The notes: generated from the sequence alone by a model not told the origin. A stretch of 64,000 bases of DNA from Schmidtea polychroa (GCA_044892525.1 CM097885.1:80104001-80168000), one strand, 5' to 3'; shown: positions 1 through 13,441, counted from the first letter of the stretch. Numbers and translations are program-made.

Positions 1-524
1 ATTATTAAGATGTAAACATATAGATAAGATAGGTCTAACTACTCAGCAATATACCGATATAACATTAAGCAGAGGACACAAGAATATCACAACACGTTTT
101 CCTCAATTTGGATATTTGAACAAACGATATACGAGTCAATTGTTTATGGAGTAGTCGATGTAGCTTCGGCAAAAAGTACCTCAGGTTTCCTCTATTTCCC
201 ATCTCATTCTATTCATAAACTGATGTAGAACTTTCGTCCATTGTGCTTTTGCATCGTTATTCATCTCTGATCTCTGATTGGTGGTTTCTTCCGATAGTTT
301 TTTTTATCGTATCATTTTCTACAACGATATACTTTTAATTTTACTTTATCTCTCATTACTGTGATGGTTTATGATTTTCTTTTTGTACTAATCATTTTAG
401 TGACATTTTCGCTATATTTTATAGCTTTATGACATATGGCTACCCTACTTTTATTATATACAAAATTTATTCGGGTATATACACCTATATTTACAATTAT
501 ATTTACTGTTAAGTACATCATTGT

Positions 525-1110
525 TTATTCGGTCCTCCCAATTCCTTCCTTTTTGAATGATATTTTGAAATATGCAGTGTCGTCTTTTATCATTCTTTTG
601 AATTTTTCTTGTGAGATAAACCGAGGTGCCCCTGTTCCGAATCCTTCTTGACACTCTGGTCTATGGTAGCACAAGCTAATGGTATCGGTTTTGAAACCTT
701 CCTCATGCATTGTTGTGCTATCCATTTTTGCTAAATTAACCCTTGCCTTAAATGACCATTCTAGTACTTCGCCGTACTCACTTTTACACAATAGAAAAAA
801 TGTGTGTCCCTTTTCCTGTTTCATCTCCATCTAAATATACTTGTATTTTCATTTAGAACCCGTTCTTCCAAGATAGGAATGCTGGACTCGTTACGGCTCT
901 TACTTTTCTTCTTTCGCTTGTTGGATTTTGGTCTTTATTCCCGGCAGTTTCCATATGTCTGGGGCTACTGGTATTCCTTCCTTATCTATTATTTCTATTA
1001 TTTTCTTGTTTTCTCTCCATTTCTTCTTGCATTTGCTTAGGAGTGACTACTCTCTCCATCATCTGTTCTCTGGCTTCTACGAATGCGTGGTTGCCAGTTT
1101 CTCTGGTTGC
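525..1110 (-). pseudogene. TRAF coiled-coil/MATH domain remnant
   Basis: Broken frames give IWKLPGIK...TSPAFLSWKNG...FFLLCKSEY..LEWSFKARV...RPECQEGFGTGAPRFI, matching the MATH domain of ORF 43198-44586. Confidence 0.88.
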
Positions 1111-3208
1111 TAATAATCTTCGACTAATATTTTCGCTATGGTTCGGGCTTTTTGATCTGCAAACGCTTCTGGGAACTTTGTTAGGTAATCGGTTACCACT
1201 AATATGTAGATATTTCCTTTGTCAGGTTCTGGTAATGGTCCCACTAAATCCATTGAAATCATCGACATCGGTTCTGCTGGTACCGGCATTGGCGTTAACG
1301 GCGCCTTCCATTTCGTTCCCATATTCATTCTTGTTGCGCAGATTAGACAATTCTTAATCCAGTTTGTTACATGATCGGTTATTGTAGGCCATAAATATTT
1401 TTGTTTCATTCTTGCTAACGTTTTCTTTGATGACATATGTCCACCGAGTTTGACATCGTTATATTGTGTTAGTAATTCCTTTCGTCGATTTTCCGGAACA
1501 CACATTAGTCGTTTTTCTCCATCCATGATGAGTAACCATTCTTTTTCCAGTGCGTATCGGTGACGGTGTTTATGCTTATGTTCTTTGAGTTTTTGATCTT
1601 TCTCGCATACTTTTGTTTTCCCCGATCTTACGTATTTAATAATTTGTATTAATTAAGTATCTTCCTATTCATCTTTTCGTAATTGGCAAAAATCAAGATC
1701 TTCTGCTACCATCAGACATAGCTGTCTTGTTTCTTGATCTAGCAAGTCTAAAATATGAATCTTGACATACCGTCTGTATTGGCATTTGCTCTTCCGGCTT
1801 TGAATTTTATAAATGTTGAATATTCTTGTAACTGCTTGGCTCATCTCATTAATCTGCTAGAAGCTTCTTTGTGTTGTCCTAATCAAACTAATGGCTGATG
1901 ATCCGTTGTGATACATATTACGTGTGCCTATAACAAATATCGAAAATTTTTGATTGTTTGGATAATTGCCAGTGCTTCTCTTTCTGTTACTGAATAATTT
2001 TTCTCGTGTTTCTTGAATGTTCTGCTATAGTAGTCAATTACTCTTTCTTTTCCTTCTTCGTCTAGTTGTCCTAATATTGCTCCTGCTGCATATCCACTTG
2101 CGTCGGTTGCTAATTAAAACTACTGTTTAAAGTCCGGATGGACCAATATTGGTGCTTCGATTAACTTATCCTGCAATGTTTCGAATGCGATTTGTTGTTC
2201 ACTTTTTATTGTCTTTTTTGACTAATTCCTGGATTGGTTTCGCGATTCCTGCGTAGTTTTTGATGAATTTTCGATAATAACCGCACAATCCGAGAAATTC
2301 TTGCACTTGCGTAACGGTTTTAGGAGCTGGACAGTTCTTTATCTTTTCTAAATTTCTTGGATCCGGTTCTTTTTCATTTGCTGATACGATATGTCCTAAG
2401 AAGGTCACATTTTCCTTTGCCCAGTTGCACTAGGACGGCTTAAGTTTTAATTTCCACTGTCTCAGGCGAATAAACACATTCTTGATGTCTTCTAAATGTT
2501 GTTCGAATGTAGCTGAATAAATTAATAAGTCGTCTATATATATACCATACATTGTTTGATTCCATGAGTTACAAAGTTTATATTACGTTTGGAATGATAC
2601 TGGAGCGTTTGCTAATCCGAATGGAATCTTTCGAAATTGATATAAATCTCGGCCTAAAATGAAGGTGGTTTTCTCCTTGTCTTCATCTTTAACTTTGATC
2701 TGCCAGTATCTTTTAAGGTCTAGTGACGTAAAATATGCTGCTCCTTGTAGTATGAGTAACATCTCGTTAATATCCAGTAAGGGTACATATCTCTTTTTGT
2801 TACTGCGTTCAGTTTCCGATAGTCGATGCAAAATCTTTGCGTTCCGTCTTTCTTTTTCACCATGACGACTTGAAATTGCCAAGGTGAACAACTAGGTTCT
2901 ATTACTTTTGCGTCTAACATCTTTTGTACTTTTGTTTCTGCGATCTCTTTTTGCATTTCTGCTAACTTATATGGACGTATTGCGATTGAAGTATCATCTG
3001 TTAATGGGATTGCGTGTAACGTGGCATCACTAAATCGGGGACAGTCTTTGTATTCCATAAATAACTTTTGCAATTTTCATTTTTCCTCTTCAGTTAATAT
3101 CGTGCTATCGATGGTCCATAAATTTTCTCTCCCCTGTTTCGTTATCTGCTTTTGGCAATTCAATATCCATCATTGGCGTTAATTTGCCCAATCTTTCGTT
3201 TTCGTAAT
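1110..3208 (-). pseudogene. pol: pol remnant (RT - RNase H - N-terminal integrase)
   Basis: ORF fragments: PFGLANAPVSFQ, YIDDLL near 2530, FLGHIVS, FLGLCGYYRKFI, GGHMSSKKT..C..C, MDLVGPLP, VVTDYLTKFPEA. Confidence 0.93.
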
Positions 3209-4599
3209 GAGGCGGTGGTAGTATTGGTAATGATCAAATGGATAAGAACCACCGAAAGATGCAAGTGAAAACCAAGAAGCCGAAGAAGATAGCCAAAGGT
3301 GAAGAAGTTCGAATACGGTATCCCCACTGAAAATTTGAATCCAGAAGAATACGAAGTAGTAGAGGGTCCAGGATCAAGCAAACTATGGATGCCAGAACTA
3401 CCAAGAATACCAACACCAGACGAATGGGCAAACGAAGTTGATATATACCGACTAACGGACGAAAGGTATGGGGGAATGCGCACGTTGCATTCAGGTCCCA
3501 TACCAACATTGGTATAGAAAGATGAGGAGTCGTTGTAAATAATGTATATAAACGGAATGTTAAAAGTAGTCTATAGTAGTAGTATGTACAAAATAAAAGT
3601 AGTAAAGTAAAACTATATGTTCAAAATCAGAAACGAGTATGATGAGTATGTATTATAAATAGGAAATGAATCAGAGAAATGAGGAACAAGCACATCAAAC
3701 TGGGATACCACACGTTGTTGAGATGGGATATCAGCCACTAGTGAATGTTAATCCAGTAGAAATAGTAGAAATACAAATTCGATGATACATCAACCAAGTC
3801 AGTCAGCAGGATACATGTGGAGAGCAAAATGCAAATTAATGATCCAATTAACAAAACAAACCCAAAAACATTGGATACGTAATCAGACTGCGTTAATAGA
3901 AATCATCAATAGAAATGCGAAGTATATTACGCGTAACAATAATCCTGAAATGAGACAATTTGTGATTCTAATCGTGATTCTAAGAACTTTGATTTCAAGC
4001 TGACAATAACGAACTATAACTGATAACATTGATTTCGAACTAATCCATTTGATCAACCATTTGAGTATGGCAATTTGATTAAATTTTATGTAGACCGGCC
4101 TCGGTCTTCTGTCTCTTCATCTTTAAACCCATCTGTAGCATCGAGTGTATTAGTATAATATTTTTATCAATGTGGGTATTGAGGTCGCGACCTTGTAGAT
4201 CGTGGACCCAACTGCGTGTAGGCACTTGCAATCATTCTGAAAAATAATTTATCTTGAACTTTTGATTCAAATTGCGCATCGCAATTTTAGGGGTCCCCGA
4301 GTGTTTTATGTTGGACTAGAACTGAATTCTAGACCCACATCTTAGAATTGTGACGGAATGTGGTGGTACAAAACATGCAGACCGAGCATTAAGTTTACTT
4401 AAATAAAGATATATAAAACACCAAGAAAAACAATGATAATAGAAAGATAATATACCCAAAAATAAAACATCTGAATTAAAACTAAATTAAAACATCGCAA
4501 GAAGTATAGCACCGAAACTTACTCAAACACAACCGAAAAACCCAAAACAACAGAAACAAACTCGAATAACGGCGATTATTGTGGTTATAGTACATCATT

Positions 4600-5010
4600 G
4601 ATATCACTTTTGGTGTTATTATGTTCCACTCACTATTGGCATTATTGTTATTATTTTTACGCTTACTAGTATTAGTATTATTACCTTCATTTTAATTATT
4701 AGTATTATCATTATACTTAGGATTGTCATTACCAATATTAGTATTATTAATGTTACTATTATCATCATCGCAGTTATTACCGTGAGTGCCAGCCCAAGTA
4801 GCCCTATTTCCAATTCCATAATTATTATATTCTGATTATTGTTATCATTTATTCATTTACATTAGTCTCAACTCAACCATGGTTATCCTAATAATTTTAT
4901 CATTGAACAATTTTTGATATTCATACGGCAATTGATTAATTAAATAACATTATTGGTTATAACAGTATTAATAATATAATTAGCCAACTTATATTGTTTT
5001 ATTGTTATAT
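4600..5010. repeat. Low-complexity ATT/ACT/ATC-rich tract
   Basis: Degenerate trinucleotide periodicity is directly visible. Confidence 0.6.
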
Positions 5011-6419
5011 TGTTATATTGATTTTTTTTTATTTCCCACTAGCTAATATTGACCAATAGTCACGCACTAAACCCTCAATCTAATTATAGTAACCCACCCC
5101 TTTAAAATACCCATTTTTAAGTAAGAACAAAATATAACCAACCCTACACCCTAACTCCCACAAATCAGCCAATCACAGATGGCTGAGAGGAAATTCCTAT
5201 CTCGACATCTCCCATAGCGAGAAGTTTGTTTTTAATTTAGTTTTAGCTAGATACCAAGGACCTTCTCAAGTGGTAAAACATCAATTGTATTCTGAATTAC
5301 GCTGGAAACAGCACGACAAGGTAAAATGTTTGATTACCTGTAACCAACCACTGTAATATTTTAGTTTTTTGTTCAGTATTTTCTTGTTCGTACCGGGCCT
5401 ATTTTAAATTCCTTTTCTCAAAAAGTGAGTGAGTCTTTTGTCAAATAGTACGGAATAATTTGCTTCCGCTGTGATGAAATCTTTTCTTTGTACTTCGTAG
5501 ATCAATTCTTTTGGTGGTTAATCAAAAACGTTTTCAAAATTTTTTCTTGATTTTTTTTGTTCTCGGTGAGTTTCTCCATTCATACTTTTAATTAAATTGG
5601 TTAAATATATTTTTTGATGTTTCTATTTCTCTTGATATTTTGATCTTTGTTGAGAATCTCAGGTAGGTGTATGTTGTCGGTGCATTTAATTTACATTAAT
5701 TAAAAAATTAAAATTTTAAGAATTTTTGAATTCTCCAGTTTGTGATTTTCTATGAAATTAGACAATTTTATGTAAAATTAGCTTTTAAAACTTAAACATT
5801 TTCTAATTTTCATAAATTTCTTTTTTGTGTCAATTTGGTTTATTTGGAATTGCCAATAAAAGGGGTTACTGAATTAAGAGAACTAAACTTAGAGAAAAGA
5901 AATTAGTGTAATTTAAGATAGGGGGAATGTTGTAATTGTTCTGAGTGTAAACGACTAGGTATAAAGTTATATTGAGTGTCAATTGACACTAAATCTTTGC
6001 TGGGGACAGGATAGAGAAATTTTCGAGCGTTTGAGTAAATTTTTGAGATATTAGAACTAAGAATATGCGCTATGGGTGATTTTGAACCCCGGATTTTTTG
6101 ATTAATGTTGATATTGGGTCCAAATAAACTCATGTATTAGTATATTGGTATATACGTAGTATTCAGTGAATGTTAATATTGATCATTAAATAATCTAATA
6201 ATTATATTTAGTGTTAAGATTAGAACGATTTGGCCCAAATTTTTGATCCCAAGAATAGGCTGAAGTGCAATCTAGAGAAATGACAGAATGTTGTCACCGG
6301 CTTGAGGGCACCTGATTCTGCCCAAGCAAATAAAAGTCAGAAATCAAAACAGGATGCTCCAAGAGGTACGCTCAAAAATTACGAAATCAAATAAAATTAA
6401 CTAATAAGAAATTGGACGA

Positions 6420-6720
6420 ACAGATCAGGATACCATTTGGTCTATAGATTGTCCAAATATCAACTCGGTATCATCGTGAATTCACAGTGTCTCTACAGAA
6501 AATCACGTATTTCGCCTCAACTTTAACGGACGACTTACTTGAGAGTGCGGTGCTAACAATGTGAGCGTCAAGGAACACCACAGAATTGGATTTGGTCAAA
6601 ACGAAATGTGCATCGCATTCGTTGATGCATGTGGAACTGAGGATAATTCAACGCCTTTCATTACCTCATGAGTCAACTCCCTACCGAGCTGACAGCGAAG
6701 AAATGAAAGAACCTAAATAA
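6420..6720 (+). pseudogene. Possible hAT (Charlie/SPIN-like) transposase C-terminal remnant
   Basis: My translation ...FASTLTDDLLESAVLTM*ASRNTTELDLVKTKCASH resembles the hAT dimerisation tail (RSRLTDEHL...LVK.KQCQ.SH). The similarity is weak and the frame contains stops. Confidence 0.3.
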
Positions 6721-9332
6721 ATCTTGTAAACGTACAAATTAGTTTTTTTATTAATTTGCATTGTCGAATTTTGAGCCTACATGTGCAATACTTTGATGAA
6801 AATAGATAAAAAATGGTTTGAGATTTTGGTTGTTGCCAACAGTCTTTTCAGTGAACTAAATATTGTCAATCAAAAATAACTTTTCACTTTAATATGTTTC
6901 CATGAACGCAAATTTTATTTTATTGTCATATTATTTGCATAGGTTATAAAAACTTCCATTAAACATTTCCATGTTGGAATTTTAAAATGATTTTTGTATG
7001 TTAATTTTTATTGATATAAATATTTGGATGGTAAAACTAAATTTTCTCATTAACTTGGTTAAAATAAAAAATAAATTTTGACTTATAGGTAGATTTGATA
7101 ACTCCCAAAACCTCGAACCTGGGAGATTATAAAATTGCGAACAATATAACGCTTAAGAAATAATATAACAGGTGTTTTTCCCCTTTTTTGCTTTACACAT
7201 GTTAGTGATTTTAACTATCTGATGACTAATATCATAAAGATTTAAACAAAACAATTATTTTTACATATTACATAGTACAGTTTACAAATCATGCTATTTT
7301 TGTTTGTTTTTAAAATTGTATTTTTCTTGTCGTCGCGCTGACTCCAATAGCTTTGGTGAATTAAGTAAATGTTCATGAAATTCCTTACAGGAAAACAAAA
7401 AATTATTCGAAAAACAGAAATATCTCGGACATATCCCGGGTCATAGTTAACCGGGAGATGGGAGACGAAAGCCGATTCCCGGGTTACTCCCGGAAAAAAT
7501 GGGAGAGTTGGCAAGCCTACTTACAGGGCAGTGATAATCGTCTTACTTCCGTAAATAATTTCGATTATTATGCTTTAAGTGTTTTTCTCTGCATCTAAAC
7601 ATAATTCTCGGGGAATATAAATACTATTTACTCCATAGGACAACAATCTACCATATCTTATCTTCAAATCTGCTAAAATTATCCTAGAAGAAAAGGAATT
7701 TATATTAAAATTGAAGAAATTCCTAAAATATTTTACAATATTGGAAATAAACAATCAACATTTTAGAAATTTTAGAATATCCTTACAAAAATACATTCTA
7801 ATAGTTAGTTTATATAATTTTAAAATTTTCTATTTTTTATAAATTTCATTTAAATATTTGTGTTTATAAATTTTGAATGAAAATTCCAATAAGGGGGCTC
7901 TGAATAACTAAGTTAGGGGGAGTAAAATTATGAAACAGAAATTAAGCATTCACAAATAAATAAACGATATGAATGTTAATAACCAGTTTAAAATTTGGAT
8001 TGTCATCAAAATTGCAATATATTTGTGCTGAGGATTGGGTGGGAAAGTGTTTACACATAATTTAAGTAGATAGTTTGAGTGAATGTTAGAGGAGTGGAGC
8101 CATGAATGTCTAATATTTTATAAGGTGCAAAAATTTTTAAAGTGTGCAATGATCATGAAGGACTGCCTTAACGAATGATAATAGAATGCCTTTTATCAGC
8201 ACTCTAAATACGAAAAATTCAAAATTTGGTTTTTGGGTGCCACCCAAGCTACACCGTACCTTGCTATTCACGGCGAGTGTAGCTTGTTCTATTTGAGTTT
8301 TGACTTTTGGTTGTGACTGTCTTAATATGAACCCAAGATTGAACCACATCTGTTGTCAGATGATAGGAAGTAGATCAATAGCTTTGATATTACATTTCCT
8401 TTGGTGCGACAACCCATAATCCTTTTTTAATTACTTTGATCATGGTCTTTCTTAAATAAATTCGACCAATAATGATTTCACTTTATTCATCATCTTTCGC
8501 ACTCTCTTTTTTAATGTTTGTTTTATTTGCTATTAGGATAGAAGTCTTACAAGTCGATTCTAGGAAACCTTTGGCGTTTAATGATTTTAATTAGTTAAAT
8601 TCAAGCTGTTATGTTCGTAGGTTTTAGAAACATAATGTATTATCATTGATTTTGAATTGGCTTGATATCGTTAAGTGTTTTTTACACATTGAAACAAATC
8701 GGTAAATTATCAGTTCTGGACCAACAAGAGGAACGAAATTAATGTTACACAATGGAAAGGAATTCTCAATAAACTTAGAATAAATACTAAACTCGCTTAT
8801 TTAAATAGAGCAGCCAATTTAAATATGTCTTGCAATATATCTATCTAATTAATATTTTATTAATCTACATGGTTACCTTATTTTTAAGATGTGGCTTAAT
8901 CATAAATGAAGGCTAATCAACGTTAATTCTGATTGTCTGCAAGCTTTATTAGAAGCTTAATAGTTAGTTGATTTCAAACAGCTTGCCACAGCACTTCATA
9001 AATAATGGATTATCTTTTCAATAGTATTTTTTTGCTTTGTAATTAATTTTTCACAAAATAATTTTGAAAACTGTAATGCTAATAAATTTTAATAAATTTA
9101 AATGAATCATCTAATTAAGTATTAATGTATCAAAAAATTCTATTTCAAAAATTATTCTTATTATAAAAACTAAAATTTAATATTTTACAAATAAAAAAAT
9201 AATAATACTTTAAGGATACTTTTAGGTTGAAAATTTTCTGAACTCTTTTATCGTTAAATTTTTTAAAATAATGGTTTTTGTTCGAATAATATTTTCTTTT
9301 TTCTTCAAATCAAATTTCATTTTAAAAATATA

Positions 9333-12107
9333 ATGCAAATATGGTATGTCTATTTTGTTGAAGATACCAAAACTCCATTATTAATCCAAGCTTATCATGC
9401 CCTAGACGGAATGGAGAATGCTAGTTTAAGCTGGATTAAAACGGATGATATTTTACAAACTACAAATTTTAATAAGCATTGTTCTTATATTTTTGGATAC
9501 TTTGAAGGAAAATCAATTGAGTATTTAAAATATCACAAAATCTTGACTTTCGGGCCTCAGTGTTTATTGGATTACTTGAGAAATGATGAAACTTTGCCAA
9601 CAACGGAAATTCCATTATTTAGTACAGCTTTAAAAAACGTCGAGGTTTGTTTTACTGGTTTCAATGAAGAAATCAAAAAAGAATTGAGCGATAAAGTTTT
9701 TATGATGCATGGAACGGTTAGTAAAGATTTAAACGATTCTGCAAAAATTCTCGTATCTCCATCTGTCGGAACTCGTAAATATCGAGCGGCATCAGAAATT
9801 GGTATTCCCGTCGTTTCAAAAGATTGGGTTGACAAAATTTGGGAAATAACCCAAAATACAGATCCTTTAAGTGGTATGGATGAGTATTGGATTGAACAAT
9901 ATCGAATACCCATCTTACACAATTTACAAATCAGTTTAACCGGATTCTCCATATTAGAACGAGAAGTGATAGAAAAGATTATCAAAAAATGTGGCGGTTT
10001 TTATAACCCAGATTTAACAGTGGGAATTTGTACTCATTTGATAGCAATGGAAGCTTCTGGTGAAAAATTCGAATGTGCAAAAAAATGGAAAATTCTAACA
10101 GTTCATTGGAAATGGCTGGTGGACTCAGTGAGAAAAGGATACGCTTGTGATGAAAAGAAATATTTATTATCCGGTAAAGCCTATGTTCCCGGTTTGTCTC
10201 AACAAACAGATTCATCAAGCAGTAATTCGGCGGCTCAAACTGATAAAATCATTTGTGATAAAATTTGGAAAGATTGTGTGATACAGTTCCTAGATTGCGA
10301 GCCGGAATTTGTCGAGAAATGGGCAAGTGTAATCAGTGAATTTGGAGGCGAGGCTTGTAAAAACTTAACGGATTTATCAGTAGTCTTTGTAACCCACATC
10401 ATTGTGGGCGATGTCAGTAAATTGAAAGAAAAAGAAGATGATATTACCTATGTGAACTGTGATTGGCTGCAAGCCTGTTTAGACGGGAAAACCTTATCAG
10501 ATCCGAAACAGTTTGCTATCGAAATCCCCAAATCACCGATAACCGTTCCGATTAGTTACCCGATACCGGATTTATCAATAAATTGGGATCTGGTAGAGCA
10601 GTATAGTTCCAATCCGTATGACGGTAATTCCGAACATATCAACAATGAAAATATCAATCCAAACTCTTTCGGTCTTTTTCATGGATATCGATTTTTCCTC
10701 CACAACTTATCAGCGATCCAAATCAAAGCCGTTTCAAATTTAATCATCAACAATTCCGGTATAATACATTGTTCTCCAGATGACGCCAGTCATGTTGTGT
10801 TAGCGGATTGTTTGTGCCAGTCACAGAATCGGCACTGTCGAGACGTGGTTACGGTTTTCTATCTCACCGAATGTGTGAGGCAGAAACAGTTGCTGTCAAT
10901 CGAATCGGATTTCATGTTTACTCAAATGGACATCAATCCAAATATCCTCACTGGAACAGTTCTCTCGTTCAGCGGATATTCAGTCGACGAAAGAACTCTA
11001 TTGAAATCGATTTGTTCCGCTGCCGGTGCGACCGTTCAAGATCAAATGTCACGGAAACCGGTTCCCGATAAAAATATTCTCGCTACGACACATTTAATAA
11101 TTTCAAAACCGGATAGGAAAAAATTCCCATCGAGTAAGAGCTGGAACATCCCCGCTGTTACTAAGCGCTGGATCGGGGATTGTATTGCTCACAGAGAGAT
11201 GGTTTCCAGTGATTTATACTCACTGGAACTCGAGGGTAACTCTGGAAGGAAAGGCAATACGGAAATCAAGCAACAAATCAGAAAAAGAAAAGCCAGCGAA
11301 GAAGTTGATATTCGACCAATCAGCAAGCGGAAAATCTGTGATGATTCTAAATTGATTGGAAACAAATCGGAATCGGTTGGTAACAAATCGGAAAGGATTT
11401 TTGTGTTTTGCACAATAGACAAAGCGCGTTATGGAACGTTTCGTGATGCTGTTAAGAAATTAGGGGGAACATTGGAATTGGGGCAGGATTTCAATGGGGA
11501 ATTCACTCATTTGCTGTCTGGAAGGCCGGGGAGAACTGAGAAATATCTCGCAGCAATTGCAGCCGGCAAATGGGTGCTGCACACGTCATACGTTGATGAT
11601 TCGGTGGCTGCCGGTCATTGGTTGGAGGAGGATCGATATCAGTGGGGGGGACCGCGAACCTCTGAGTTCATTGAGTCGGCATCGGTAGTTTGTAGCTTCA
11701 CAAAATTTGATTTAGCCTTGGTTGAGGCTGCAAAGCGATTCCATGACAACGGTGGCGGGCCGTTTCGAGATTGGCGGGTGTGTTTGATTGAAGAAAGGAA
11801 AAAGTTTGAAAAGATGTCAAGAATTATCGAATCTGGCGGAGGAACTATTGTGCCTCTAATCGAACCGATAAAGGAATTGTCTGTCACGCATTTCCTTGTG
11901 AATAAGCACCTCTGTTCCGGTTTGAGTGATTTCTCGAGCCATTCTTGTTATGAGATTGACCTGATTCCGTTTTATTTATCTGCTCGCAATGAGAGTGAAA
12001 GGAAAAGGTTGATGAAAAAGTTCACTGTTCCAGTTTCAGAGATGAATAGGTTATTGGGAAAGATCAATGAGACATCCAGATGTGTCAGAAAGTCTAAAAC
12101 ATCTTAA
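9333..12107 (+). CDS. TOPBP1: TOPBP1-like multi-BRCT checkpoint/replication scaffold, single-exon ORF, 924 aa
   Basis: BRCT0-like N-terminus, then BRCT1 (CFTGF..KYRAASEIGIPVVSKDWV), BRCT2 (ISLTGF..CTHLI..KFECAKKWKILTVHWKWL), BRCT3, BRCT4, BRCT5 (LSFSGY..ATTHLII..WNIPAVTKRW), BRCT7 (FTHLL..RTEKYLAAIAAGKWVLHTSYV) and BRCT8 (GPFRDWRV). Confidence 0.88.
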   Translation: MQIWYVYFVEDTKTPLLIQAYHALDGMENASLSWIKTDDILQTTNFNKHCSYIFGYFEGKSIEYLKYHKILTFGPQCLLDYLRNDETLPTTEIPLFSTALKNVEVCFTGFNEEIKKELSDKVFMMHGTVSKDLNDSAKILVSPSVGTRKYRAASEIGIPVVSKDWVDKIWEITQNTDPLSGMDEYWIEQYRIPILHNLQISLTGFSILEREVIEKIIKKCGGFYNPDLTVGICTHLIAMEASGEKFECAKKWKILTVHWKWLVDSVRKGYACDEKKYLLSGKAYVPGLSQQTDSSSSNSAAQTDKIICDKIWKDCVIQFLDCEPEFVEKWASVISEFGGEACKNLTDLSVVFVTHIIVGDVSKLKEKEDDITYVNCDWLQACLDGKTLSDPKQFAIEIPKSPITVPISYPIPDLSINWDLVEQYSSNPYDGNSEHINNENINPNSFGLFHGYRFFLHNLSAIQIKAVSNLIINNSGIIHCSPDDASHVVLADCLCQSQNRHCRDVVTVFYLTECVRQKQLLSIESDFMFTQMDINPNILTGTVLSFSGYSVDERTLLKSICSAAGATVQDQMSRKPVPDKNILATTHLIISKPDRKKFPSSKSWNIPAVTKRWIGDCIAHREMVSSDLYSLELEGNSGRKGNTEIKQQIRKRKASEEVDIRPISKRKICDDSKLIGNKSESVGNKSERIFVFCTIDKARYGTFRDAVKKLGGTLELGQDFNGEFTHLLSGRPGRTEKYLAAIAAGKWVLHTSYVDDSVAAGHWLEEDRYQWGGPRTSEFIESASVVCSFTKFDLALVEAAKRFHDNGGGPFRDWRVCLIEERKKFEKMSRIIESGGGTIVPLIEPIKELSVTHFLVNKHLCSGLSDFSSHSCYEIDLIPFYLSARNESERKRLMKKFTVPVSEMNRLLGKINETSRCVRKSKTS

Positions 12108-13293
12108 TTCTTTTTATTTCAAATAGATTATATTTTGTAAATGAATTTGTTTATTATTTTGTTGAGTGAAAATAATATTTTTATATAGTAATGAATATTT
12201 TATTTCTCTAATGTTCCTTTGGGGTCATGCGCCCATCAGGTTAAATTATTTTTTGAATTTCACTGTCCAAAATTCATGTTTCTATATTCTAAAGCAATGA
12301 ATACCCAATTTTGACTTATGCTATGAAGATATTTGTATAGGACGTCTCAAGGTGTTGCACTTAAACTCGCTTTAGACGGTCAAAGACTGAGTACTTTTTG
12401 AAGCCGTTACTCCTGACCTAAACTATTATCTAATTTAAAATGTGGTGTAAAACTTGATGAATTAGAAAAGGCTGTTATAAAAATGGATTTGAGGATACAT
12501 TGAATTTTAAAGCCAAGTTTGAAACAGATATACAATTTTTTTAAATCCTTAATAATAATCGGTGGTCAAACTTAATCAATGGGTCCAGCACGTTTAGAAT
12601 CATGACTATGCATCATTAAAGTTTCTTAGATTGTGAAGATGAACATGCAAACAATAGTTTAAAGAGAAAGTATGACTCTCAGAACGACCAAAATACTGTC
12701 ATCAATCAAATGGAAGCATTTATCGACCGGAGTAAAAAACTCTAAATCACAGCGAACCATACGATCACAAGCACCTAGATTCAACAACGCAAATCCCCAA
12801 AACAAGAATCTGAAAATAAGAATTATTAATAATTGGAAACTCTCGTTGAAGGTTTTTTTTGTATTTTTTATTGCTAAAATATTGGTATCTTTTGAAATTT
12901 ATTTTGGTTTTGAAGTTAAAAGAAATACTCGTATTGGAATTTCGCGAAATAAATTGCTAATCATTGTTTATAATGTTCTAATTGAAAAGTGCAATCAATT
13001 CAAAAGTGTTGAGAATACCTAAATTATAAAATAAAAATAATCATTAAATGCGTTAAATGATTGGGGGAAATAATGATAAAGGAATGGAGTATTCTTCTGA
13101 AACTCAATGAAATAACAGTGAAGAGAGATATTGAAAAATGAGAAGGGAACAGAAGAAAATCAATAAATACAGACAATTAAATAAGAGTCATTCATAATTA
13201 ACAAGTACAAGCGCAAAAGAAGCAAAACAAAATTTAGATCATTTTGTTATATCAATGGCCTACTTGAGATTAAGAAAAAAAAGGCATGGGAAA

Positions 13294-13441
13294 NNNNNNN
13301 NNNNNNNNNNNNNNNNNNNNNNNNNNNNNNNNNNNNNNNNNNNNNNNNNNNNNNNNNNNNNNNNNNNNNNNNNNNNNNNNNNNNNNNNNNNNNNNNNNNN
13401 NNNNNNNNNNNNNNNNNNNNNNNNNNNNNNNNNNNNNNNNN
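13294..13441. other. Assembly gap (N-run)
   Basis: Run of N. Confidence 1.

Larger units (their letters stand above)
1..3208 (-). mobile_element. Degenerate, internally deleted copy (D) of the giant Ty3/gypsy family; continues beyond the window start
   Basis: Nucleotide collinearity with element B: 1110-3208 aligns by eye to the pol region 49150-51290, and 200-1110 to the TRAF region 42750-43800. Many stops and frameshifts. Confidence 0.9.

Noticed and set aside
4619-4819. Hydrophobic 66-aa ORF that looks like a membrane peptide
   Set aside because: Product of a low-complexity ATT/ACT tract.
7420-7520. GC-rich end resembling a DNA-transposon terminus (rc AGGCTTGCCAACTCTCCC)
   Set aside because: No partner TIR or TSD found in the window.
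12672-13022. 116-aa ORF downstream of TOPBP1
   Set aside because: AT-rich, no recognisable domain; likely chance.
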